DNA of 64,000 nt from Candidatus Magasanikiibacteriota bacterium (GCA_018652595.1 JABIBU010000016.1:26911-90910); one strand, 5' to 3'. Shown: positions 47,471-57,095, counted from the first letter of the stretch. Made by a program: numbers and translations. Notes: generated from the sequence alone by a model not told the origin.

Positions 47471-47941
47471 TCATTTCACAACCTCAACCATATCCCCTAT
47501 CTTGAGCCCATTTTCTACCATCCAACCAGCCGGAAGCTCTAAGACTGCATTAGCTTCAACTCTAGGATAATAACGCCTCAAATTGGCTTCTGAGGTCACT
47601 GGGTCAAGCTCTACATCTGGAGCGATGTCTACCACAGCGCCATTTGACATCCAGACAATATCTATCTTAAATTCCATATCTCGCATAACCATAGGATGCT
47701 CGCCCATTTGATCAAACACAAACAACATACCATCATATTCACCCAAGTCTTTTCTACCACTAAGTCCTTTTAGCAGATGATAAGAATCCTTAGCCACCAA
47801 GACTTTCAAATTTTGCCCAGATAATTTTATTTCAGCTTCTGGCCACTGCAGAGAATATAATTTTAAACTAAAAAAAGATATTATAATCAGCAACAGCACA
47901 ATCCAATGCCAACCTTTAATTTTTTTATCTTCATCAGACAT
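47471..47941 (-). CDS. DUF192 family protein
   Basis: GLSGR, GMLFVF, DIVW and VLELPAG motifs. Confidence 0.88.
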   Translation of the reverse strand: MSDEDKKIKGWHWIVLLLIIISFFSLKLYSLQWPEAEIKLSGQNLKVLVAKDSYHLLKGLSGRKDLGEYDGMLFVFDQMGEHPMVMRDMEFKIDIVWMSNGAVVDIAPDVELDPVTSEANLRRYYPRVEANAVLELPAGWMVENGLKIGDMVEVVK

Positions 47942-47951
47942 AGGATATATA

Positions 47952-49001
47952 TTACTTTTTTCTAGAAAAATAAACACCCAACAACATCATCAAAACAAAC
48001 AGAAAAGTCAGGGCAATAAGCTTTTGACTACTTTGCAAAAACAAAGTACTAACACCAAACAAAAATGCAATCGTATAAAATAACAATACTGCCTGCTTTT
48101 GACTAAAACCTGACTGAAGCAAACGAAAGTGCAAATGTTCACTATCCCCCTCATAAAAAGGTTTTCCTTTTTTTATTCTCTCAATAATTACTCGTACCAT
48201 ATCCATGAGAGGCAACCCTAACACAAGTAAGGTCGTAGCAATCTTACCACCAGAAATAATCGCAAGTCCACCGAGCATAAAGCCCATAAACAAACTTCCG
48301 CCTTCACCCAAAAATATTTTGGCCGGATGCCAATTCCAAATCAAAAAACCAAGGCAACTGCCGGCAAAAACAAATGATAGCAATGCAACATCTGGCTGTA
48401 GCCACTTATCTTGCAGACTAAGAAAACCAATCATCATGGCACCAATCGAGACTATTCCAGTCACAAGACCATCTAACCCATCCAATAGCTTGGTAGTAAA
48501 CATCATAACCATAAGCCATACGAACACAACAAGATCTGCCAACCAAAACCAATTAACAACATTACTCAAAGTAAGCTGAAAGATCTGCAAATTAATCACT
48601 CCACCAACCGGATTAGTAATAATATCAGGTCCCACCCCAAAAGCAATAACAACTAAAGTTGCCAAAATTGGTGCTACTATCTGTTGTTTTGCTTTCAGCC
48701 TATATTTGTCATCCAAGAATCCTCCTATCATCAAAATCAACCCACCAACAAAAAATCCTAGCAAATGATTGAGTCCAACATTATCTTGTAATTTATCAGT
48801 AAAAAATAAAATTGAAAATACAATTAGAAAAAAACTTATAAAAATAGCTGAGCCCCCACCCAATGGAATGCGTTTCTTGTGAATTTTTCGCTTTTCAAGT
48901 TTTGGTTCGTCTACAATCTTAAAACGCCGCATCACCACTCGGATAATCGGCGTTATTAAAAAACACAATAAAAATGCTAGTAAAAAATATCCAAAATACA
49001 T
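47952..49001 (-). CDS. Undecaprenyl-phosphate GlcNAc-1-phosphate transferase (WecA/TagO, MraY superfamily)
   Basis: RKIH..P..GG, DD, DGLDGL, PAKIFLG and HLHFRL motifs. Confidence 0.9.
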   Translation of the reverse strand: MYFGYFLLAFLLCFLITPIIRVVMRRFKIVDEPKLEKRKIHKKRIPLGGGSAIFISFFLIVFSILFFTDKLQDNVGLNHLLGFFVGGLILMIGGFLDDKYRLKAKQQIVAPILATLVVIAFGVGPDIITNPVGGVINLQIFQLTLSNVVNWFWLADLVVFVWLMVMMFTTKLLDGLDGLVTGIVSIGAMMIGFLSLQDKWLQPDVALLSFVFAGSCLGFLIWNWHPAKIFLGEGGSLFMGFMLGGLAIISGGKIATTLLVLGLPLMDMVRVIIERIKKGKPFYEGDSEHLHFRLLQSGFSQKQAVLLFYTIAFLFGVSTLFLQSSQKLIALTFLFVLMMLLGVYFSRKK

Positions 49002-49107
49002 ATCTTAAAATTTCTAACTATCTAATTCACCTAATTTCTAATAAAATTCTAAATTCCAAATCTTGCTTCTTATATTTTACCTAAAATCTCAACATTTAAC
49101 AAGTTTA

Positions 49108-49153
49108 CTTAGCACGTCCCCTCTCCTTTATAAGGAGAGGGACAGGGTGAGGT
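49108..49153. repeat. Single CCCCTCTCCTT-n-AAGGAGAGGG palindromic unit
   Basis: Matches the reverse complement of the right units at 40389-40434 and 52769-52814. Confidence 0.82.
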
Positions 49154-49253
49154 ATCGCAGTAACTTGACAAAGTGAGGAAAATGTTGTTAAATAAAGATA
49201 AAGTTTTGAGAAAACCGACCCGGCTTTGGGTCACAATCGCATGGAGGTTTATC

Positions 49254-49736
49254 ATGCGCGTTTCACCGCTTGGTGGAGAAAACACTCGGTTCATCTTTCA
49301 GATGACCTTCTGTCCCCCTCTTGTGCTTGTGCTTATCATGGTTCTTGGCTCAATCTCCTCTTGCCATGAAGCCCAAGCTGCCAACCCCGCCATCGACAAG
49401 TGCTGGAACGAAATGATGGAGGAGAAACGGATCAAGCGCGTGCTGGAGGACGCGCCCGTGGTTCAGCAGACCGCCATCGACTTCGTCCAAGCCTTCGATG
49501 ACCTGTCTGACCAGAAGACGGAACTCGAAGGGCAGATCGAACTTCTCCATATCCAGATCAGCCAGCTTGAGGAGGATAAGCTGCTAGCTGAGCTGGATGA
49601 GCTAATGGCGGATTCGCACATCGACAGCGAAATCTGCAACAACGATCAAGACGATGACGGTGACGGCTGGATCGACTGCCACGACTGGAACTGCGACAGG
49701 GACCCCGCCTGCAGTACTACCGGAATCAGCTTCTAG
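49254..49736 (+). CDS. GC-rich exported/membrane protein with coiled coil and C-terminal acidic Cys motif
   Basis: GGAGGT SD before ATG 49254; TM segment; EICNNDQDDDGDGWIDCHDWNC. Confidence 0.7.
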   Translation: MRVSPLGGENTRFIFQMTFCPPLVLVLIMVLGSISSCHEAQAANPAIDKCWNEMMEEKRIKRVLEDAPVVQQTAIDFVQAFDDLSDQKTELEGQIELLHIQISQLEEDKLLAELDELMADSHIDSEICNNDQDDDGDGWIDCHDWNCDRDPACSTTGISF

Positions 49737-49881
49737 TATCCACCTGCCCACTCTCAAAACCCACCAAGGAGACTCTCGGAGCGTTTCAGCTCCATCAAAT
49801 CCCCAGGACCGCGAACAACTCGCCCCTGGGGTTGTTCAATTATAAAACAAATACTTGTCCCCTCCTTGTTGGGGGGGGACA

Positions 49882-49907
49882 AAAAAATAGCCTTTAGGCT
49901 ATTTTTT
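49882..49907. terminator. Bidirectional terminator
   Basis: AAAAAATAGCCT/AGGCTATTTTTT. Confidence 0.7.
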
Positions 49908-49922
49908 CATTTAATCATCTTA

Positions 49923-52685
49923 TTACTTACCGCGTTCAATCCTAACTTCCAAGCCTTCCCCCAAAACCACCACATCTCTTCTCTCAAACTTATTTTGCAA
50001 AATAAGATCGGCTAATTTATTTTCTACATGCTCTTGAATTGCGCGTCTCATCGGTCTGGCGCCAAACTCTGGATCAAATCCAACTTCTGCCAAGGCAACT
50101 AGAGCAGGTTCTTCTACTCTAAATCCAACCCCACGCTTTTCCAGATCCCTGGTTACTCGCTTGAGCATTAGGCCAGCAATTTGTTTTATTTCTTCTTTTT
50201 CAAGTGATTTAAACAAGACTATACCATCAAAACGATTCAAAAATTCTGGACGATAGTATTTTTTTAATTCTCCACGAACCAAAGTCTGTCTAATTTCTTC
50301 CAAACTCTTTCCAGCCACAATCTGCTCTTGGACATAATTTGTGCCTGCATTAGATGTAGCAATAATAATACTATTAGTAAAATCAACCACCTTACCAACA
50401 CTATCGGTCAATCTGCCATCATCAAAAACTTGCAAAAACAAATTCAAAACATCTGGATCAGCTTTTTCTAATTCATCTAACAAAATGAGAGAAAATGGCT
50501 GTTGTCGAACTGCTTCAGTCAAAATACCACTACCCTGCTGTCCAGGCTGACCAATGAGACGATATATTCCAGACTTGTCTTGATATTCACTCATATCAAT
50601 CCTAATCATACGCTCTTCTCCACCAAAGTATGTGCTAGCTATTGTCTTAGCAAGCTCTGTCTTACCCACACCAGTAGGACCAAGAAATAAAAAGTTTGCA
50701 ATTGGTTTTTTTTGCGAACGCATCTCAGTCCTAGCTCTACGCAAAGCACTCGAAACCAGCAAAACAGCCTCGTCTTGGCCTATTATGCGCTCGTGCATCT
50801 CTTCTTCCAAACGCATCAGTTTGTCAGATTCATGCTCCGTTATATTGGTAGTAGGAATACCAGTTTTACTTGAGACTATTCGACCGACATCCTCAGCCGT
50901 TACCAAATGGTTGGCACCTTTTTCATTCTTTGTCAGACTTGCCGACTCTGTCATTACTGATATAGCACTCTCTGGCAAATTTTGATCATAGAGAAACTTC
51001 TCGGCCAGAGATACTGACTTTTCTAGTGCATCATAAGAAAAAAATACATTATTTTTATATTCTACATAACCAACTTTTGATTCCAAAACTTGAATTGCCT
51101 GATTTTTGTCCATCTCCTTTATGTCAACACGAGACAAGACAGAACCAATCTCAGAATTAACAATATGACGCTTATAACCCTCTGAAGTAGTAGTCGCAAA
51201 AGTTAGAAACTTACCTGGACCGAGATATTCAGCTAATGTTTCAGAAACATCCAAGCCCTCTTGTGAATCGTCCGAACTAATCGTAATCAAATCCTGAATA
51301 TTTTTTATAAATAAAATTATATTTCTAGCACGCGAAACCTCGTGCATTATTTTTATAAGTCTCTCTTGTGCTCCACTTACAGTGGTCCCAGCAAGCAATG
51401 CTGAAGTAGAAAGCTGTACTAGACGCTTTTCCTTGAGTCTCTCTGGCACATCTTCTTCTACCATTTTGCGAGCAATACCCTCTATAATACTCATCTTTCC
51501 GACCCCTCGCTCACCAACCAAAATAATACTCTGTCTACCACCTTCTACTATCCTAAACACTTCTTCAATTTCTTTTTCACGAGCCACGCAGGCTGACAGA
51601 TTGCCATATTTAGCAGCCATAGTAAGATCTTCACTATAACTATTGAGATAAGGCGTGGCAACAGCTGTCATCGCTCTGTCAAGTCCATATTTGCTACGAT
51701 GCGAACCAGCTTTTTGTAATTTTTTATACTGTCTACGCAATTTCTCTCTAATGCGCATCCACTCTACTACATTATTTAGTTTTTCTTTATCAATTTTTAG
51801 ATCATAGAGTAATTCTTGGATAGGTTGGGACTGCTTTACTGTAGCAATAAGCAACTCTGTAACATCTACATACTCTTGTCTATCAGCATATGCTTTTTCA
51901 TAAGAATTAAACAAAATTTGCTGAAGATCTTCGGAGATTATTGGTGGTTTTTTATCTTCCGACTTTACAAAAAACTTTGCCAGACGCGCTTGCAAAGGGT
52001 GAACCGGGATTCCCAAACGAATAAATATATTTGAAACCCTAGTAGAAGAAAGTAAGGCATGAAAAACATGGGCCGGATCAACTGTTGGGCTTTCATTTTT
52101 ATAAGCCTGATTATATGCCTCTTCCAAAACTTGTCTGGCACTATAAGAAAAAGTTGTAGCTATATTTTGTCTTTTACGACGAGACAGTTTGAAAACTTCA
52201 GCCCAAGTCTGCATGTTTTGTTCATCTTTTTCTTCTAGTAATTTCTTATCTTCTTTATACTCATGAGCCTCTACTGTCTTTGGTTCTGGATTCATTACAA
52301 CCAAACGATAAGCCAAATAACCAAAAGCTATGAGAGCACCCCAAAAGAAAAATGGCAAAGGATTGCCCTGCAACTGCCAAAAACGAGCCGTAAGCACATC
52401 TACCAACATTCCCTTGCTATATGCCAACCAGACAAATAATCCCAAAAAGCCAACACCAAAAACAAGAGTGCCAATAATACGAAAATGATTGAGCCAACGA
52501 CGCGCTCGCCTAACACTAATATGATAATAAGTAAGTGGCTCACCCCAATACAAAAATTTCTTTCGAGCAAATCGCCCCATACTCATACCCTTGCACTCCG
52601 GACACTTACGAATACCAGAATAACCCGAACCTTGGCAGGTCGAACATTGGAGTAAATTCAGTGGAATTTGTTTTTCAAATAGCAT
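49923..52685 (-). CDS. Clp/Hsp100 ATPase with N-terminal zinc finger and two TM segments
   Basis: GERGVGK, GPTGVGKT, RIDMSEY, LLDELEKA, RPEFLNR and GARP motifs. Confidence 0.9.
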   Translation of the reverse strand: MLFEKQIPLNLLQCSTCQGSGYSGIRKCPECKGMSMGRFARKKFLYWGEPLTYYHISVRRARRWLNHFRIIGTLVFGVGFLGLFVWLAYSKGMLVDVLTARFWQLQGNPLPFFFWGALIAFGYLAYRLVVMNPEPKTVEAHEYKEDKKLLEEKDEQNMQTWAEVFKLSRRKRQNIATTFSYSARQVLEEAYNQAYKNESPTVDPAHVFHALLSSTRVSNIFIRLGIPVHPLQARLAKFFVKSEDKKPPIISEDLQQILFNSYEKAYADRQEYVDVTELLIATVKQSQPIQELLYDLKIDKEKLNNVVEWMRIREKLRRQYKKLQKAGSHRSKYGLDRAMTAVATPYLNSYSEDLTMAAKYGNLSACVAREKEIEEVFRIVEGGRQSIILVGERGVGKMSIIEGIARKMVEEDVPERLKEKRLVQLSTSALLAGTTVSGAQERLIKIMHEVSRARNIILFIKNIQDLITISSDDSQEGLDVSETLAEYLGPGKFLTFATTTSEGYKRHIVNSEIGSVLSRVDIKEMDKNQAIQVLESKVGYVEYKNNVFFSYDALEKSVSLAEKFLYDQNLPESAISVMTESASLTKNEKGANHLVTAEDVGRIVSSKTGIPTTNITEHESDKLMRLEEEMHERIIGQDEAVLLVSSALRRARTEMRSQKKPIANFLFLGPTGVGKTELAKTIASTYFGGEERMIRIDMSEYQDKSGIYRLIGQPGQQGSGILTEAVRQQPFSLILLDELEKADPDVLNLFLQVFDDGRLTDSVGKVVDFTNSIIIATSNAGTNYVQEQIVAGKSLEEIRQTLVRGELKKYYRPEFLNRFDGIVLFKSLEKEEIKQIAGLMLKRVTRDLEKRGVGFRVEEPALVALAEVGFDPEFGARPMRRAIQEHVENKLADLILQNKFERRDVVVLGEGLEVRIERGK

Positions 52686-52703
52686 AAATAGATCATTCCT
52701 TTA

Positions 52704-52814
52704 TTCCCCTCTCCTTTACAAGGAGAGGGGTTAGGGGTGAGGTCAATCACTTTAGGTTTCTAGTTTTAACCTCATCCTGTCCTTCTCCTTGTTAAGGAGA
52801 AGGGACGTTCTAAG
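52704..52814. repeat. REPIN-like pair of CCCCTCTCCTT-n-AAGGAGAGGG palindromes
   Basis: Same ends as 40293-40434 with a shorter, different spacer. Confidence 0.85.
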
Positions 52815-52824
52815 TTTTTTAATT

Positions 52825-53172
52825 TTAAACTAGTAGTAGCATATACACTACAAATATAGGCAAAGCCAAATAAACTAAAAATAAAAACAAGACTACAAAA
52901 GTCCATAACAATAAAAAAATGGAACGAAAAATCACGTTCCAAAATCTAACAAACACACTCATAAGAACCCCTTGAATATCACGCTGACCATACATGGGTA
53001 CAAAAATATTTTTCATCCAAAGAAATGGCACAAACTGAGCATTACCATCTTGGATCAAACGAAAACAAAACAAGGCCGCTCGCTTGGCTCCGCCGGTATA
53101 CCACCACAGCGGAAAATAAAGCAGATCAAGAAAAAATTCCAAAAACATTCGTTGTAATACGAGAATCCACAT
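52825..53172 (-). CDS. Hypothetical membrane protein
   Basis: ATG at 53172; FPLWWY and NIFVPMYGQ; TM segments; upstream of the Clp ATPase. Confidence 0.7.
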   Translation of the reverse strand: MWILVLQRMFLEFFLDLLYFPLWWYTGGAKRAALFCFRLIQDGNAQFVPFLWMKNIFVPMYGQRDIQGVLMSVFVRFWNVIFRSIFLLLWTFVVLFLFLVYLALPIFVVYMLLLV

Positions 53173-53176
53173 AGTT

Positions 53177-53265
53177 AAAATGCTTGAAAGGCTTGAAAAG
53201 CCCAAAAGGCTAGAAAGGCAAAAGTATTTCAAGCCTTTCCAGCTTTTCTGGCATTTTAAGCCTTT
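53177..53265. repeat. Inverted pair of AAGCYTTTC-family 9-bp arrays with no gene between
   Basis: Left arm aaaatgctt gaaaggctt gaaaagccc aaaaggcta; right arm aagcctttc cagcttttc tggcatttt aagccttt. Confidence 0.72.
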
Positions 53266-53412
53266 GTATTATATCACAAAAATAAACCCAGCACCACTTT
53301 TTTTCTTTTAAAAAAGTGGTGCTAGGTAAAAAAACTCCCATAAAAATAGTCGCTATAATAAAAATGTGCTATAATATAATTGACAAGCTAATTAATTCTT
53401 AATTTATATCTT

Positions 53413-53760
53413 ATGTCATTCGTAAGAATCCTTATGGGTATTTTGATGGTAGCATCTATCGTCACAACTTTGGTCATGTGGATCATAGCCCTGATACAAG
53501 CAGCCAGCCGTGAAGATCTAAAAAACAACAAGGTATTGTGGATAATCCTAATTATCTTCGTATCGCCAATTGGACCAATTATTTATTTCTTCGTAGAGGG
53601 TAGGAAAAAATATGGCTGGATAACTCTAGTCGCCGCACTAGCCACACCTATCGTCTTATCAGTATATGCTATTCAAGCATTTACAAGTGATCAATTGCAG
53701 TCCGCTATTCAAGCTGATTCACAAAATGTGATTGAGGTTCAACTACCGACAGAAAATTAA
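53413..53760 (+). CDS. PLDc_N-domain small membrane protein
   Basis: K.LWIILIIF..PIGPIIYF motif. Confidence 0.8.
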   Translation: MSFVRILMGILMVASIVTTLVMWIIALIQAASREDLKNNKVLWIILIIFVSPIGPIIYFFVEGRKKYGWITLVAALATPIVLSVYAIQAFTSDQLQSAIQADSQNVIEVQLPTEN

Positions 53761-53776
53761 AGAATTTCAAAAAAAT

Positions 53777-53808
53777 AAAAACCACCAGACAAAAGCTGGT
53801 GGTTTTTT
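53777..53808. terminator. Bidirectional terminator
   Basis: AAAAACCACCAG/CTGGTGGTTTTT. Confidence 0.78.
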
Positions 53809-53820
53809 GATGGTAGTTTT

Positions 53821-54654
53821 TTAGTTAGGACATTCACCTAACTTTATAGAATCGCCCCAACTATCATCATGCAACACTTCTCCTGTATTTTCAATCTTTA
53901 TACCATTAACAATCTTAGTCTCTCCTTTTAGGATAGTATCTTGCACTCCCTCCACCTCAACAGTTACGCTCCCATCATCTCCGATTTCTTTGTTCATGAT
54001 TAACTTACCCATACTACCAAAGCCACCACCCTCTTCAAAATAATTATATGTACACTGTGCTTTAAATTCCTTAAGAGCCTCCAAATAAGTACCTGTACAC
54101 TGACTTTCTCTGTAGGCCTCGTCCAACCAAATTTTCATGTAAGCATCAGATGAGTTAGCTGCTATTTCAGACTTACTTAGAGGGCAATCAAAATAAGTAC
54201 CATTAAATATGGTCATGTCTACCCCTTCGTTAGTATATTCATTACCCGCTTGCTGTTTAAATCTACAAGTATCCCCACCATCAAAAGAAGTGATCGAAAA
54301 AGCAGGACCAATAAAACTAAAAGGAGTATTTAAAAGATTACAATTTTCTACCCCCTTGGCGAAACAATCCATATCACCCAAAACACATGTCACTTTTTTT
54401 GCCTCAACAACAGGTTCAACTTCTTTCTTTTCAACCACCGGCTTAGGTGTAGGCTGAACAACTGGTTTTACTTCAGGTTGTTTAACTTTTACTGGCTTAG
54501 TGGCTACTTGTTTGACCTCATCTTGAACTACTTCTTGAATAGGTTCTTGAGCTACTTCCTCCTGATTTAAATCTTTTGTTTTATCCAAATTAACACTACA
54601 CCCAGCACCCAACAAAAGAATACTAGCCACTCCCAATACAAAATATTTTTTCAT
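53821..54654 (-). CDS. Exported Cys-containing protein with GAGC signal and Pro/Val/Lys linker
   Basis: MKK...LLLGAGC N-terminus. Confidence 0.75.
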   Translation of the reverse strand: MKKYFVLGVASILLLGAGCSVNLDKTKDLNQEEVAQEPIQEVVQDEVKQVATKPVKVKQPEVKPVVQPTPKPVVEKKEVEPVVEAKKVTCVLGDMDCFAKGVENCNLLNTPFSFIGPAFSITSFDGGDTCRFKQQAGNEYTNEGVDMTIFNGTYFDCPLSKSEIAANSSDAYMKIWLDEAYRESQCTGTYLEALKEFKAQCTYNYFEEGGGFGSMGKLIMNKEIGDDGSVTVEVEGVQDTILKGETKIVNGIKIENTGEVLHDDSWGDSIKLGECPN

Positions 54655-54683
54655 ATTTTAAAGTTATAACTTGATTTAAATAT

Positions 54684-55802
54684 CTATTTTTTAATTTTTT
54701 TACTCTTTTTCACCAGATAGAAGATAACTATCAAACTAACCACAATCACTATCAACAATGCTAATACACTATGTAAAATCATTGAAATAAGTATGGTCAC
54801 GGAAGACAAGACCAAAGCAACAAGAAAGGCTAGTAATCCAAAACCGAATCTGCCCATACTACCTATTATAGGCACAACATCCAACAAAACACTAATTGGC
54901 GCTAAAACCATTATTAAACCAAGCCACATTAAGCAAAAACCCACAATTCTACCTACCCAACCAGCGGCTTTATATTCTTGTTTCATCTTCATAACACCCT
55001 GGTCTCTATTACCGAGAGTTAGCCTCAATAATGACTCCCCCTTAGGACTTGCATACTTTTGAATAGTTTTTTTATTCAAAGAACCAAAGACTGTTACAAA
55101 TTCACCATCTTTGACAACACTATAACTAATACGAAGATCTCCGATTTCGGGTGCGGTAAGATTACCCTTTCCAACATAGATATAATTATCATTTAAGAGT
55201 AGTTTTTCATTTGTTGGCAAATTCACAATATCATTATTCAAAGTCAATTTTCTAAATTCATCGTCTGTTAATGATAGACCGTTCATATTTATCTCATAAC
55301 CATCTATTTCAATTAAACTAGACGCAAATTCTTCGCTTTTAATCTCCTGCAAAGGATTGGTATGGCCTTCTTTGTGCTTGAAACTAGCAGAATTGCCTGG
55401 TTTATCTGTCCATTCTTTAACATATTCGTATGTTGTTTCTCTGGTTTCTGATCCTCCTAATTTCTTTTTACTTTTTGTACTTTTTTCTTCTTCCCAAGAA
55501 TACATTTCTACAACTCTTTCAACAAAAGCATAGTCACCTTCTTTTAAATATTTCCTGTCTCCTAATTTCTCACCAACATCCAACTTACCACTTACATATA
55601 CCAAATCTCCATCAACCACCTCCACAGAACCAACCTCAACTGCCTGAGAAGCAATCTTACTATAATCCACTCTCCCTTCTGTAACATACAAGACCACAAA
55701 AGAAATCAGGAATAACAAAATACCGAAAACAACTCCTTTTATAGAATTTCCAAGACGGCTTCCTAAGCCAACATTTGTGACCTCTGTAAATTTATCTGGC
55801 AT
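54684..55802 (-). CDS. TMEM43-family membrane protein
   Basis: EGR after TM1, VEMYSW, H.NP and GDLRISY; C-terminal TMs. Confidence 0.8.
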   Translation of the reverse strand: MPDKFTEVTNVGLGSRLGNSIKGVVFGILLFLISFVVLYVTEGRVDYSKIASQAVEVGSVEVVDGDLVYVSGKLDVGEKLGDRKYLKEGDYAFVERVVEMYSWEEEKSTKSKKKLGGSETRETTYEYVKEWTDKPGNSASFKHKEGHTNPLQEIKSEEFASSLIEIDGYEINMNGLSLTDDEFRKLTLNNDIVNLPTNEKLLLNDNYIYVGKGNLTAPEIGDLRISYSVVKDGEFVTVFGSLNKKTIQKYASPKGESLLRLTLGNRDQGVMKMKQEYKAAGWVGRIVGFCLMWLGLIMVLAPISVLLDVVPIIGSMGRFGFGLLAFLVALVLSSVTILISMILHSVLALLIVIVVSLIVIFYLVKKSKKIKK

Positions 55803-55820
55803 AGTTTTTGATTAAAAATA

Positions 55821-55842
55821 AAAAAACCCCGAAAGGGGTTTT
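55821..55842 (-). terminator. Intrinsic terminator after ftsL
   Basis: AAAACCCC-gaaa-GGGGTTTT. Confidence 0.72.
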
Positions 55843-55851
55843 ATGTTTATA

Positions 55852-56187
55852 CTATCTCATAGCAACTGCCGATCCAACCAGTGTCACATACTCTACATTG
55901 CCACCAGCCTCTACCATATTTAGACTTGCTAGACGGTTCTGAATACTATTCATGGACCTGTGCGAGGCAATTTCCAATTCTAGACGTTGATTTCCTTGTT
56001 CTAGGACTTGAACCTGCTTCTCAAGATCATTTATTTCATAGCCTTTTGTAGAAAGTGAGCTAGTTTTGACCACATACATGAACCCAAACGCCAATACTAC
56101 TGTCAAAAGTACAGCTCTGAATGTGGTTCCCAAGAGCCACTGCCTTACGGCTTGTCTTTTTTGTCGAAGTGTCTGATGATTGGTCAT
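55852..56187 (-). CDS. ftsL: FtsL-like cell division protein
   Basis: Single TM plus coiled coil; directly after mraZ-rsmH. Confidence 0.65.
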   Translation of the reverse strand: MTNHQTLRQKRQAVRQWLLGTTFRAVLLTVVLAFGFMYVVKTSSLSTKGYEINDLEKQVQVLEQGNQRLELEIASHRSMNSIQNRLASLNMVEAGGNVEYVTLVGSAVAMR

Positions 56188-57095
56188 AATTTTTCAATAA
56201 CCCTTAATTTTGCAGATCTGGCTCGAGGATTTTCTTTTCCCTCTTCATCACTGCAAACTATTGGTTTTTTATTTATTATATTTAGTATTTTTCCGTTTTG
56301 TTTTTTGAAATAAGTTTTTGCAATTCTATCCTCGCCCGAATGAAAACTAATTACTGCGAGTCGCCCACCTGGAGCTAGAGCTTCTACAGCTTGAGGCAAT
56401 GTTTGCTCCAATACTTTTAGCTCATCGTTCACTGCAATTCGGAGGGCCTGAAAAACTTTTGTAGCCGGATGTATACCACCTATCCACGGAATTTCTTTTT
56501 CGGTCTTCAATTTATCTCTATAAACTTGCAAAACAATTTCTACCAATTCACCGACTGTCTCAATTCTTTTTTCTTTTCGTTTATCTACTATTGCCTTAAC
56601 AATTTGTTTGCTCAAATTTTCTTCTCCGTATTTTTTGAATATAATCACCAGCCTTCCAAAATCCAATTCATTTACAATGTCCGCTGCTGACATCTTCATT
56701 TCATTGCCAGCAAAACGCATATCTAGCTTTTCTTCTGGTTGTAAAAAACTAAACCCCCTTCCTCTGTCCTCAAACTGTGGCGTAGACCAACCCAAATCCA
56801 TCAAAATTCCATTCGCTGGACCAAAATTATTTTCCTCTAGAATACTACCTAAATTTACAAAATTATCTCGAACAAATACCACTCTATCTTCATTTTTATA
56901 GAGGAACTGCTTGGCTCGCAAAACCGCTTCCATGTCAGCATCAATCCCCAGCAATTTTCCATATGGTGCTGTTGCTTCCAAAATCTTTTCTGCATGTCCT
57001 GCATCGCCCAATGTACAATCGATGACATTCATTCCAGTTTTTAATTGCAATAATTCCAAAACTTCCTTTAATAATACTGGAACGTGCTTACTCAT
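56184..57095 (-). CDS. rsmH: 16S rRNA m4C1402 methyltransferase
   Basis: HVPVL, DCTLG.AGH, LDMR, FQALRIAVN and ARSAKLR motifs. Confidence 0.97.
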   Translation of the reverse strand: MSKHVPVLLKEVLELLQLKTGMNVIDCTLGDAGHAEKILEATAPYGKLLGIDADMEAVLRAKQFLYKNEDRVVFVRDNFVNLGSILEENNFGPANGILMDLGWSTPQFEDRGRGFSFLQPEEKLDMRFAGNEMKMSAADIVNELDFGRLVIIFKKYGEENLSKQIVKAIVDKRKEKRIETVGELVEIVLQVYRDKLKTEKEIPWIGGIHPATKVFQALRIAVNDELKVLEQTLPQAVEALAPGGRLAVISFHSGEDRIAKTYFKKQNGKILNIINKKPIVCSDEEGKENPRARSAKLRVIEKL

